Below, piece by piece: positions 53,808 through 64,000 of a stretch of DNA of 64,000 nucleotides. The notes under the pieces are model-generated. The model was not told the DNA's origin. It saw only the letters and a list, made by a program, of their open reading frames with translations, and made no database searches. The stretch's first letter is position 1; every line of letters begins with the position of its first letter. The stretch covers positions 310,001-374,000 of the forward strand of contig AP026129.1 in the NCBI GenBank assembly GCA_030295235.1, in the 5' to 3' direction. Made by a program: the position numbers and the translations under genes. Source of the stretch: Fistulifera solaris. Lineage: Eukaryota.

Positions 53808-56145
53808 ATGATTATTCCTCGCCAAACACGTTTCCTTCTTTCGAGAAAATCTCAACTGGGTCCAGCGCGTACCTTATCATCGGTGGGGTCAGCCACCATT
53901 GAAGACGAGGCCTCCTCTAATTATGAACATTTGTTTCAGCCATTGGATTTGGGTCCGCACATTGGCATTCTACCCAATCGCGTTCTCATGGGGAGTATGC
54001 ACTCAGGATTAGAGGGACACTCTTTGCCCCGGTGGATGCTGCCCGTCGCAAATTTCGCCTTTAAAAGTAACTACAAAGAACATGACATGTCACAAATGGC
54101 CGAGTATTTCGCTGCAAGGGCTCGAGGCGGAGTTGGATTGATGGTGACGGGAGGAATTGCGCCAAACAGAGAAGGATGGACTGGCCCGTTTAGTTCACAA
54201 CTAACGAACGAATACGAAATGGAACATCACAAAGTCGTCACAGAAGCAGTACACGCTATTCAGGTCCCAATCATTGGTGGTGACTCTGTCAGATCGCGCA
54301 TTGTTATGCAAATTTTGCACACGGGTCGATACGCGTATCATCCATGGGCGGTGTCGGCTAGTAACACAAAAGTCCCCAATTAGTCCCTTTCCAGCAAAGG
54401 CTTTGGACAAAGCGGGTATACAACGAACAATCAGGGACTATGTCAACACTGCAGTTCTTGCAAAGAGAGCCGGCTACGACGGCGTAGAGATCATGGGCAG
54501 TGAGGGGTATCTTCTTTCACAATTCTTGGCACCCCGAACGAATAAACGAACCGACGAGTACGGAGGACGTCTTGAAAACCGAGCACGCATGCCCCTCGAA
54601 ATCATTCGTCAAACAAGAAGAGCAGTCGGAGAAGACTTTATCATAATCTTTCGTCTGTCACTGCTAGATCTCGTGGAACAGGGGCTTTCCTTCGAGGAAA
54701 GTGTCGAATTAGCGCAAAGGGTACAAGACGTGGGATGCACTATTATCAACACTGGTATTGGATGGCACGAAGCCCGGGTACCGACGATTGCCACATCTGT
54801 GCCTCGAGGTGCGTTTGCCTTCCCCACGAAAAGATTGAAGGAGGCTGGTGTGGTGGATATTCCACTCGTTAGTACCAATCGTATCAATGATCCTCGAACG
54901 GCAAATGAGCTACTGGAGCAAGGGGCTAGTGATATGATCAGTATGGCGAGACCCTTTTTAGCGGATCCTGAATTATTACTTAAGGCTCGCGAAGGCCGAG
55001 CTGATGAGATCAACACTTGTATTGGATGCAATCAAGCTTGTCTCGACCACGTGTTTGTGGGCAAGATCGCTTCCTGTCTTGTGAATCCTGTTGCATGTCA
55101 TGAAGAGGAGTTTGATTTTAGTGTATTACCAGAAGCGCAACGCTTGAATATAAGCGTTGTAGGGGCAGGCCCCGCTGGATGCGCATTTGCAATCAGCGCG
55201 GCTCGGAAGGGGCACAAAGTTACCTTGTACGATCGAGATGACAAAATAGGCGGGCAATTTAATATGGCGAAGCGCATCCCTGGTAAGGAAGAATTCTACG
55301 AGACACTACGATACTTTTACGCAATGTTGAAAAAATACAATGTAAATTTAAAGCTTGGAACAGAAGTATCGAGGGAAGATATGGAGAGAGACGCTTCAAC
55401 CGACAAGTGGATCATATCGACTGGAGTCGACCCCCGTGATCCGAGGATTCCTGGTCAAGATCACCCAAATGTGTTGTCTTACATTGATGTCTTGAAAAGA
55501 CAGAAACCGGTAGGAGAAAAAGTTGCCGTAATCGGAGCTGGGGGTATTGGGTTTGATATATCAGAGTATTTGTTGCACTACGAGCGAGATAAGAGGGCCA
55601 GCGACGTTTCTCACCTTGACTTCTGGAAGGAGTGGGGAATCGACAATTCACTGACGGAACGTGGTGGACTCACTCAGCCTCGACATGCTGCGCCGAAGCG
55701 TAAAATTACGTTGTTGCAGCGGAAGAAGGGGAAGTTGGGCGCTGGACTGGGTAAGACGACGGGCTGGATTCACCGGGCTACGCTGAATCAGTCAGGAGCT
55801 GTTCATATGATCAATGGCGTCTCTTACGAGAAAATTGACGAGCATGGACATCTACATGTTAAAAATTCGAAAGGGGAGATAAGTGTGTTAGATGTTGATA
55901 CCATCGTTATCTGCGCTGGTCAAGTCGAAAAACGCGAGTTAGTGTCGGAGAAGTTGTCTGACAGGCTTTTCCTCATTGGCGGTGCGTATGCCGCAGGCGA
56001 GTTGGACGCGAAACGAGCAATAGATATGGGCACACGACTGGCTGTCAAAATCCACGAAGCTGATGTCGTTCCTGGTAAGCATGTGTTCTCTGCCCCCGTG
56101 GGGATCGAAGAGAAGATGTATGGCCTTTTAAGAAAAATCTCGTAA
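53808..56145 (+). CDS. fadH: 2,4-dienoyl-CoA reductase (FadH type, Fe-S flavoprotein)
   Basis: NRVLMGSMH, QILHTGRY, GVEIMGSEGYL, GIGWHEAR, CIGCNQACLD, GKTTGWIH. One frameshift at ~54365. Confidence 0.95.
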
Positions 56146-57037
56146 CTGTTAACGCTGTCTATTTCTACGGCATTTTTGTGTTCTTCATCCGCTGGCTTTG
56201 GTCAGGAAACTCGGGAGCTGTTAAATGTTTTCGTTAATGTCATTATCTACTGGTGGAAACCTAAGGGTGTCCTCGATCAACGAAGATATCTCTAATCTTG
56301 AGCATAGGCTGAGTCAATCTACATTTTAAAAAAAGTCAAGAGAGTCTAATTCGGCCTGAAGGAGCAAGCAACTTATCTTTATCTAAGCGGAACTTCTACG
56401 GATACCATCGCACCTTCAGGATAGGTACGGTACCGGTACCTGGTATGTCTTTTGCCATGTCGTTGGTAGTGTGTTGAGCTTAAGAGACTATCTCTGGACT
56501 CTGGAGCAACTGGTAAGGCTTAGAGCTACTACTAGAGTCTCGAGTTTTTAGGGTTTGTCGGGTTTCGGCACACGGAGCTCTCGAAATCTCCGCTCTCCGC
56601 TCCGACCTATCGTCCGACAGTTTTTATCGGAGTGCCAGGTAAACAATAGACAGATACTGTCAGACATCTTACCGTAGTAGCAGCTTTTCTGCATTTGTTG
56701 TCGGTAGGTCGGTACCCAGGTATAGACATTTATTATTCCTACCAGGCTACCGGGTACCGGTACCGTTTTTACTTGCTTACTCTGCTTGCTGCTTGTGAAA
56801 ACGGGTGTGACTACGGAGGAACTCTCTTAACTCTTAATTACCAGGTACCGGTACCGGTACCGTACCTGGTAATTACTCTGGTCGGTGTCGCTAGTATTTT
56901 GATGACTTCATGTCTTCTTTGCTTTTCCCTCTCAACCAACCTGTGAGTCGATTGCATTTACCGTTCATCGTGAGCATCCTTTGATTACACAACAACGATC
57001 GCAAATCGCACGTCATTCAAAACAATTATTACAAAGG

Positions 57038-57802
57038 ATGAGCTCGACGAAATCACCACACCGAAGATATCTTCGACGCAATGCCTGTCTTAAAATTTTC
57101 AAACACGGCGATCTTGACCTTCTTGTATCCGAACTCAAGCTGGATGATGTTGAAGATTTGACGGAATCTTCATTGGATTCCGCGAGTACGCATTCGGGGC
57201 CAGGGTCAATAAGGATGAAAGGGGCAGCTGCTAGTTGCAATATCAACCCGCTCGACTACTCTCTCGGTAAGAAAGACAAGAGCGGGGTAAAGTTCGGCAC
57301 TGTCCATGTACGCAGCCATCAAAATGTACTCGGAAACAATCCTTCTTGTTCCAGAGGATTGCCAGTGGAGTTAGACTGGGATCACTGCCATTCTGAGAAT
57401 TTTCTTGTTGACGTCTATGAGGAAATGAGAAGCGGGATCCCTAAACGTGTGATCAGAATCGACCCCAGAGATCGTGAGCGTATCTTGCGATTGAAAGGAC
57501 ACTCGCGTGGCAGTTTTCAAAATGTACTTCTGGAGATCGATGTGATTAAACAATCGCGGGAAGTTTCTGCTCAAGAGTTCGACACGACAGAAGACTATAT
57601 TATGATGTTAGGAGGCAACGAGCAAGTCACCAACGAACAAATAATGCGCGAGGAGAGGCATTCCGAACTGAACACGAATGATATGGAGGAGTATCTTTTG
57701 ATGGCTAGCTCTAGAAGGGAACGCAATAATCGCGGCGAACGAACTTCTGCAACTCGACTTCAGTCGAAAAGCCCTATTCGAAAGATCTTTCATTGGAAAT
57801 AG
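57038..57802 (+). CDS. Hypothetical protein, same family as 39908-40496
   Basis: GVKFGTVHVRSHQNVLGNNPSCSRGLPVELDW...VDVYE...RERIL. Confidence 0.75.
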   Translation: MSSTKSPHRRYLRRNACLKIFKHGDLDLLVSELKLDDVEDLTESSLDSASTHSGPGSIRMKGAAASCNINPLDYSLGKKDKSGVKFGTVHVRSHQNVLGNNPSCSRGLPVELDWDHCHSENFLVDVYEEMRSGIPKRVIRIDPRDRERILRLKGHSRGSFQNVLLEIDVIKQSREVSAQEFDTTEDYIMMLGGNEQVTNEQIMREERHSELNTNDMEEYLLMASSRRERNNRGERTSATRLQSKSPIRKIFHWK

Positions 57803-57914
57803 ATACAGCTCAAGAGACAGACGTATTGTACAGGACGCTCTAAAATTACTTATGCGTGAGTTTTAATCACATCAAGTAAACATCCAATCGTAGACTGCGC
57901 TCAATAGCACGCAT

Positions 57915-59563
57915 TCATGAAGCTTCAGGTGTTGCGCGCGTAGCAGACGATCTTCGGAGCTTCTTGTTGCAACACAAGTTCTGGATCGAAATCCACCACC
58001 GTCGGGAAACCGGTGTTGTCGTCGATGCCCTAGATCCATCTGATGATAAAACTTCATCCTCGTTCTCTCTTGCCGCTTGTTTGACGTCATCCTTGGCTAC
58101 CGTTGGCTGAAAATCTGACAGATGCGTAGGATTTCTTTGTGACTGCTGTTTCCCGCTCGCAAGCTCAGCTTCGGCTGCGATTTGACGGGTTGTTAAGCGA
58201 GCTTCTCGTAAACTGGTCGATGATAGCAATTTGTACATGAGTAAATCGTCTTCCTTCTTCTTGTCCTCTTTGACTGCCTTTCGAGACGCTTTAATTTCCT
58301 GAACTTCGAACTCGATTCTTGAAAGCGAATCGTCGGACACTCCCTTTGTGCGTAGAAGTTCTTCTCGTTCTTCGCGACTAATCTTTTGAGCCTTTTGTCG
58401 ATCTCCGGTGATCAATTCGTAATCCTCCAAGTCGAAATGCTGAGACGACATATACGACCAATCCAGCGCCACAGGAGGTCCCTGAGACACACAGGGATGA
58501 TCGCCGAGAGTAATCTTGTGTCGTCGCACCCGAACATCACCAAAACTGACACGGCTCGAAGTGCTTCTGTCAGATCGTCCCGAAACGTGAGAGCTGAAAT
58601 CCTCCTCTGAGGCCTCGTTGCACGGCTGCAAAACGGCAAGACTACCAGCTCTGTGTTTCCGCTGTGTCTGCAGACTGCTGTCTTCCGCCGCTGAATCATC
58701 TGGTCGATTATCGCTCGCTGCATCGGGAATTGATGCGACCATCTGCTTCGACACTTTTCTTTGTGCTTTCTTTTCTCGAACGACCTTTTCTCGTAGTCAT
58801 CCGATGCAAAACTTTCTGAGTTGCTTCGATGTTCCCAATCAAGATTTTGCTCTACATCAGTCACATCATGTGTCCGTACTCGGATCTTATCGAACGTTAG
58901 GTCCTTTTCGTTGCCGCTCTCGGGGTTGTCGTTTACATTCCCGCCATCTTCTGGGGGTTGTGCGACTTCGACCACTGATGTTGTTGCATTATGAACGATG
59001 GTGTTGTGTTGTATGTAAGCAGCGGTAGATGAAGGAGAACTTTGTAATGTACTTTGTAGGTCATCAGGTTGAAAGAGTTCTGTCAAATCCAGTGATTGTT
59101 CGTTCGTACGATTCAAGGCCGACAAAGAGACATCGTGTCCTGGACTCGCGGCTAAAAAGTTGGAAATGTGAAAGTGATGACGAGCAATCGAGTCTTTCAC
59201 TCTGCCATGACCAGGAGATAGTTTCCGTATCAGAAGATTGTTGCGGGACAGAATTCTTTGAGGGGCTCGTACGGGGCTGGTCTCGCCTTTGGCATGATTT
59301 TGGTCGTGATTTTCCTCGGGGAGTTCTGCAATTGTGTTGGTATGCTTTTCTTTAAAATCTGAACTCGCTTTCCAAAGAAACTGTTTGTCATCGACGCCTT
59401 TGAGTTGCTTCGAATCTAGAGGCGAGGATAAAGAAGGCAATAGAGAATCAGACGTCTTCCTGGACTCTGAAATGAAATCCGATTCAAGCTTTTTTTGATC
59501 CTCGTCGTCATCTGAAATCGATCTGTTCAGTTTGATTGCGTTGTTTAGGTCCATTGAACACAT
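57915..59563 (-). CDS. Hypothetical protein, same family (one full and one degenerate motif)
   Basis: RVSFGDVRVRRHKITLGDHPCVSQGPPVALDW...LEDYE...REELL; also LTFDKIRVRTH..LDWE..DDYE. Frameshift at ~58755. Confidence 0.75.
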
Positions 59564-60355
59564 GGTGCATTTTTTGATTTAGTTGAAAATTGAAACGTTT
59601 GAAATGGTGATAATGATCAAAGGCTTTGCTTTCTTGACGGCATTATTCAAGGCGACCAAAGAAGTTGTTGCGTTTTATTGACTGGCAATTTTCGGAGCAA
59701 CTCGCACTTGATCCTTGATTTTTGGCTTTTGATTTGATGTGAAAGTGTGAAACCAAGGACAAAAACGGGGGATAGAAAGAGTACTTAGTGTGCATCGCAT
59801 GTAGAACAGAAACGGGACTTAAAACGTACTATGTGCTATGGGGCCCCGAAGTTCTCTTGAGATTTAAGGTCTGGAGAGCGCGAGGTGAGGAGGATGAGGC
59901 GCGACTCCGATTCCGGGTCCTCTGACCGTACCTCCGTTTCATCAGTCTTTAATGGGTTTTTACGTCCATTTGCCCTTTACAAGTAGATGCATGCAGGTCT
60001 ATCTCTCCAGCAGATTTCCTATTGAAGCAAAGACAGATTCGCAGAATATCCGTCTGCTTCAAAATAATCAGAGATTCTGTCAAAGCGATGAAACGTCACA
60101 CAACGTACTAAAGACTCGTCAAAAATAATTTCCGTTAAAAGAATTTCTGTCTGTTCCAAAATGCTTGTACGGCGAACCAATGAATGCTTCCGTCATCATC
60201 GCGACAAAAATCGATTTCTCCTCTTCTTCGAGAAGTATCGATCCATTTATTCGTTTGATTCGAAGTAATAACACTTAAAAACGAGACAATTTACATTGGT
60301 TACTGGGATCAGGCTCGCTTATTCATTTTTGGCGGTATCGCAAGATTCTCTCTCA

Positions 60356-62065
60356 ATGTCAGTATCGATTGCATTGCTGAAACGGTCGCAACGGTTTGTC
60401 TCGCCGATAGGACGGAGGGCACCGTTTGTAGGGGTTTCAGTGCTTCGCAGAACACCAGCGACCTGCCGAATTGCCGGAAATGTTTTCTTATTGGCTGTTG
60501 CACACAGATATACCCTAAAACATCGAAGTCACACATTGTGTTCATCGGATCCTCCAGTCTTATCACGGGATGATATAGAACCAGAATTTTTGATACCGGA
60601 CACCGACGACACGACTGTGGCGTTGAGAGCTTTGAAATGGCTAGAAAGAATAATCGGAAAGTGTTATGATGTGGTAATGGTAACACTTCGTGCAACGGAG
60701 ATATCGTTGTGTTTGAGCCCATTGTTGATATTGACTCCGACCAGCATGTTGATTTCGGGTTTGGGATTCAATTTCTTTTCAGAGATGACTTGGCGGTATA
60801 CCCTATACGCCGTCCAGCACTTGGGTCCCTCCTCTGTGAAACTCTGTCAATGGATGGCGACGCGAAGAGACCTGTTCCCATCTCATATTTGTGACAGATT
60901 GTCGGTTTTGCACGACAAAGCTTTTCCTCATTCATGGCATCACACAGTAGCTACTTTAAAAGAAGCATTCGGTGATGATTATCAGGAGAATGGACTTTTA
61001 ATAAAAGAAGAGGACATTTTAGGATGCGGTTCTGCGGCTCAAGTTTATCAAGCAGTGTTAAAGCAGCGCGATAAACGTGGAAACGAAGTCGAGCGCCCGG
61101 TGGCAGTCAAGGTGCTCCACCCCAACCTCAAGCGGAATGTCCATCGAGACATCTGGCTGATGGAGGCAGTTGCTGGTCTCATGCATTCCATACCCCTAGA
61201 AAGAATTCGCATGCTGAATCTTCCACGGGCGACGCAAACTTTTGTAGACATTCTTCGTCGCCAGACCGACTTGGGTATTGAAGCGCAAAATCTTCGCCAA
61301 TTTCGAGCAAACTTTTACGAAGATGACGATCACGAGTCGCGTTCGGAAATTATTTTTCCCCGACCAATGGATGGATGGGTTCACGAAAAAGTGTTGGTGG
61401 AAGAGCTCGCACAAAACGCACATCCTATTGCAACATCACTAACCGACGACTCATTGGAGGGGCACAAAACGCGACGGCAATTAGGCAAGCAACTCTGTCG
61501 AGCATTCTTCAAGATGATATTTTGGCATAACTTCATTCACTGCGATCTGCATCCAGGTAATGTCCAAGTGAAGCGTTTGGAAAAGGAAGAACAACGAACG
61601 ACCTTCTTTGGTCGAGGTCTACAGAACAAGATTGTCTTGTTGGACGCTGGCATTGCTTTTTCTCTCGACCCTAACGATCAAAGGAATCTACGCGACCTCT
61701 TCCGTGCCGTGGTGTTAAACGACGGTGAGACTGCCGGCCGGCTCATGGTAGAACGTGCCAAGTATGAAAGATGCAGTGAGATGGAAGGTGGAATCGAAGC
61801 GTTTGCCGCGGAAATGCAAAGTATAGTAGAAGAGTTCCACAACAGAAGAAAAGGAGGCGGTCTGACATTTGGATCCGTGCGCATTGGGTCATTGTTGAAT
61901 CGAGTCCTAGATGTCTGTCGCATTTACGGCGTCGAAATTGACCCAAACATGTCCGCTGTAGTTGTTAGCTGCTTAGTTGTAGAAGGCTTGGTGCGGTCGC
62001 TAGATCCCAACCTGAATCTAATTGACGCTGCTATTCCGTTCGTAATCGGGATCGGGGGTGTCTAG
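60356..62065 (+). CDS. ABC1/UbiB atypical kinase (ADCK2-like)
   Basis: GPSSVKLCQWMATRRDLF, GSAAQVY, VAVKVLHP, HCDLHPGN, LLDAG. Confidence 0.92.
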   Translation: MSVSIALLKRSQRFVSPIGRRAPFVGVSVLRRTPATCRIAGNVFLLAVAHRYTLKHRSHTLCSSDPPVLSRDDIEPEFLIPDTDDTTVALRALKWLERIIGKCYDVVMVTLRATEISLCLSPLLILTPTSMLISGLGFNFFSEMTWRYTLYAVQHLGPSSVKLCQWMATRRDLFPSHICDRLSVLHDKAFPHSWHHTVATLKEAFGDDYQENGLLIKEEDILGCGSAAQVYQAVLKQRDKRGNEVERPVAVKVLHPNLKRNVHRDIWLMEAVAGLMHSIPLERIRMLNLPRATQTFVDILRRQTDLGIEAQNLRQFRANFYEDDDHESRSEIIFPRPMDGWVHEKVLVEELAQNAHPIATSLTDDSLEGHKTRRQLGKQLCRAFFKMIFWHNFIHCDLHPGNVQVKRLEKEEQRTTFFGRGLQNKIVLLDAGIAFSLDPNDQRNLRDLFRAVVLNDGETAGRLMVERAKYERCSEMEGGIEAFAAEMQSIVEEFHNRRKGGGLTFGSVRIGSLLNRVLDVCRIYGVEIDPNMSAVVVSCLVVEGLVRSLDPNLNLIDAAIPFVIGIGGV

Positions 62066-62402
62066 AAATTGAATGTAGAGGATAGAGCCAGTTAAAATTT
62101 AAGTTGACTTGTTACGGGCATCACCTCCTTTTCTAAATGACCACGCATCATAATCTTTATCGTTGGTTTGATCGTTAAATAATAATGAGTGCCAGCTAGA
62201 ACAAATCGTGCGTGACACGTCATCAGGTAATGAGTCTGCTTCCTCCGATCTTGCGGATCTTGTGAATTTTCGCCGACCCGTCTTTCGTCAACCATGCGTC
62301 ATGCGTCACCTACCACAGCCACATAAAAACTAAAGAAACCATTCTTCGCTTTTCGACATCCACCGCTTGACATTTCCTACAATACCAATAGTGCTTCTTA
62401 CC

Positions 62403-63750
62403 ATGATCTCCAAGCAATTCATTTCTCGTCTAGGACGACAGTCTCAAAAGTTCTCGACAAGATGGCAGAGTACTAGTCCATTTGCGGCGTACGAGATGGC
62501 ACCTTTAGATCCGATTATTGGCTTGAACGAAGAGTTTCAGCGCGACGACTTTCCTCAAAAGGTCATCGTCGGCGTCGGTGCCTATCGTGACGATGCCGGC
62601 AAGCCATACGTTCTTCCGTGTGTTCGCGAAGCGGAACAAAGACTCGTTGATCAGAAACTGGACATGGAATATTCCGGAATTGTAAGTTGACGCGTCGTGT
62701 CGACCCGTCGTTTTTTCGACACTTTTCAGAATACTTACAAACGCACCTACGGTTATATAGGCCGGAGACCAAAAGTTTGTGGACCTTTCCCTCAAATTTG
62801 GGTACGGAGAAGATTCCGGCGCTTTGAAAGAAGGACGAATTCAAGGTGTTCAGGCCCTTTCGGGGACCGGTGGTCTCCGCGTTTTCGGTGAAATGATTCG
62901 TCGTCATGGACACAAACACATTTACGTACCCAATCCAACATGGGGAAATCACATCCCCATCTTTCAAAATTCTGGCCTCGAAGTTCGAAAGTACAGATAT
63001 TACGATGCCAGCAATAGCAGTTTAGACTTTGACGGCATGATCAAAGATATACAAGATATCCCTGCCGGAAGTTGTGTTTTGTTGCATGCCTGTGCCCACA
63101 ATCCTACCGGAATGGACCCCACGCTGGAGCAATGGAAGCAATTGTCGGAGCTGTTCAAGAAAAAACAACTTTTCCCTTTCTTCGATGCTGCCTACCAGGG
63201 CTTTGCTTCGGGCGATGCTATTCTCGACGCCGCTTCGTTGCGCATGTTTGTTGACGACGGACATCTTTTGGGCACTATTCAATCGTTCTCGAAAAATTTT
63301 GGATTGTACGGTCATCGTGTTGGTACGCTCTCGGTGGTGGGTAGCAATGCGGAAGAAGCCGCGCGTGTTGTGTCACAGATGAAAATGGTGATCCGTCCCA
63401 TGTACTCGAACCCGCCTCGCCACGGTGCCCGCATTGTCTCCACGATTTTGGACGACCCAAAATTGAAAAGTGATTTCTATGAACAATGCAAGGGGATGGC
63501 CGATCGTATGAATACTATGCGCACGAAACTGCGAGATGAACTAGAAGCAGTCGGGTCGACTCGCAACTGGGACCACATTGTGAAACAGATCGGGATGTTT
63601 GCCTACTCTGGTCTGAACAAAGAGCAAGTAATGGAAATGCGATCCAAACACCATCTGTATTGCACAGCGGACGGTCGTATTAGCATGGCCGGTGTCACGA
63701 CTGGCAACGTTTCATACATTGCGAATGCCATGCATGATGTATCCAAGTAA
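62403..63750 (+). CDS. Aspartate aminotransferase, mitochondrial type
   Basis: DPIIG, VGAYRD, ALSGTG, HACAHNPTG, DAAYQGFASG, SFSKNFGLYG, GRIS. Intron 62682-62760. Presequence-like N-terminus. Confidence 0.96.
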
Positions 63751-64000
63751 ATTTATCTATTGCCATACTTTTCGCGTCAATAAAGTGATTGAATAATAGA
63801 CCTCTAATTATATTTTGCTGTAATGGAACTCTGTATTCTATGCATGTATGAAAATCCGATCTAAGCCGCCTTTGCGCGATTTTGGTGCGATTATTCGAAA
63901 CGTTCCGTAAAAGTATTGAGGGTGTCATGAAAAGCCTTTACATCATCTTGGTCAAGCTCGAGCTCGTAGCGAGCAACTACGGAAGGTCTCTTAAGATCCA

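Noticed and set aside
4411..59563. Mass pseudogenisation or programmed frameshifting (ATG9, gelsolin, APE, BiP tail, IDE, YAK1, FadH)
   Set aside because: Single-base shifts, often at homopolymers, in otherwise intact essential genes are best explained by long-read consensus errors.

Overview
Gene-dense eukaryotic nuclear DNA, most likely a pennate diatom. This is inferred from short GT-AG introns, a DUF6824-type protein, BiP ending in DDEL, and a CoDi-like Ty1/copia element. About 22 protein-coding loci are present: GH2 beta-galactosidase, ATG9, sideroflexin, a DUF6824 protein, an RluA pseudouridine synthase-Janus/PHPT1 fusion, gelsolin, coatomer zeta, AP endonuclease, BiP, a bZIP factor, insulysin, YAK1-like kinase, MscS, UAP56, FadH, ABC1 kinase, mitochondrial aspartate aminotransferase and several hypotheticals. 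Many conserved genes carry single-base frameshifts, which look like uncorrected long-read indels. A very young ~8.4 kb copia LTR element (non-canonical TA...TA termini, TCGAC TSD, antisense hAT fragment inside) interrupts a J-domain gene. The most striking unexplained feature is a ~470-580 nt non-coding region (~29490-30070) with nested long-range helices, a possible pseudoknot, telomere-template-like motifs and an upstream TTTATATA box; it is a candidate telomerase RNA or other large structured ncRNA. The window also holds a 34-bp hairpin-core minisatellite, a ~165-nt foldback, a dispersed repeat family, and a palindromic double G-box between head-to-head BiP and bZIP genes. All calls are by eye; no searches or folding programs were run.
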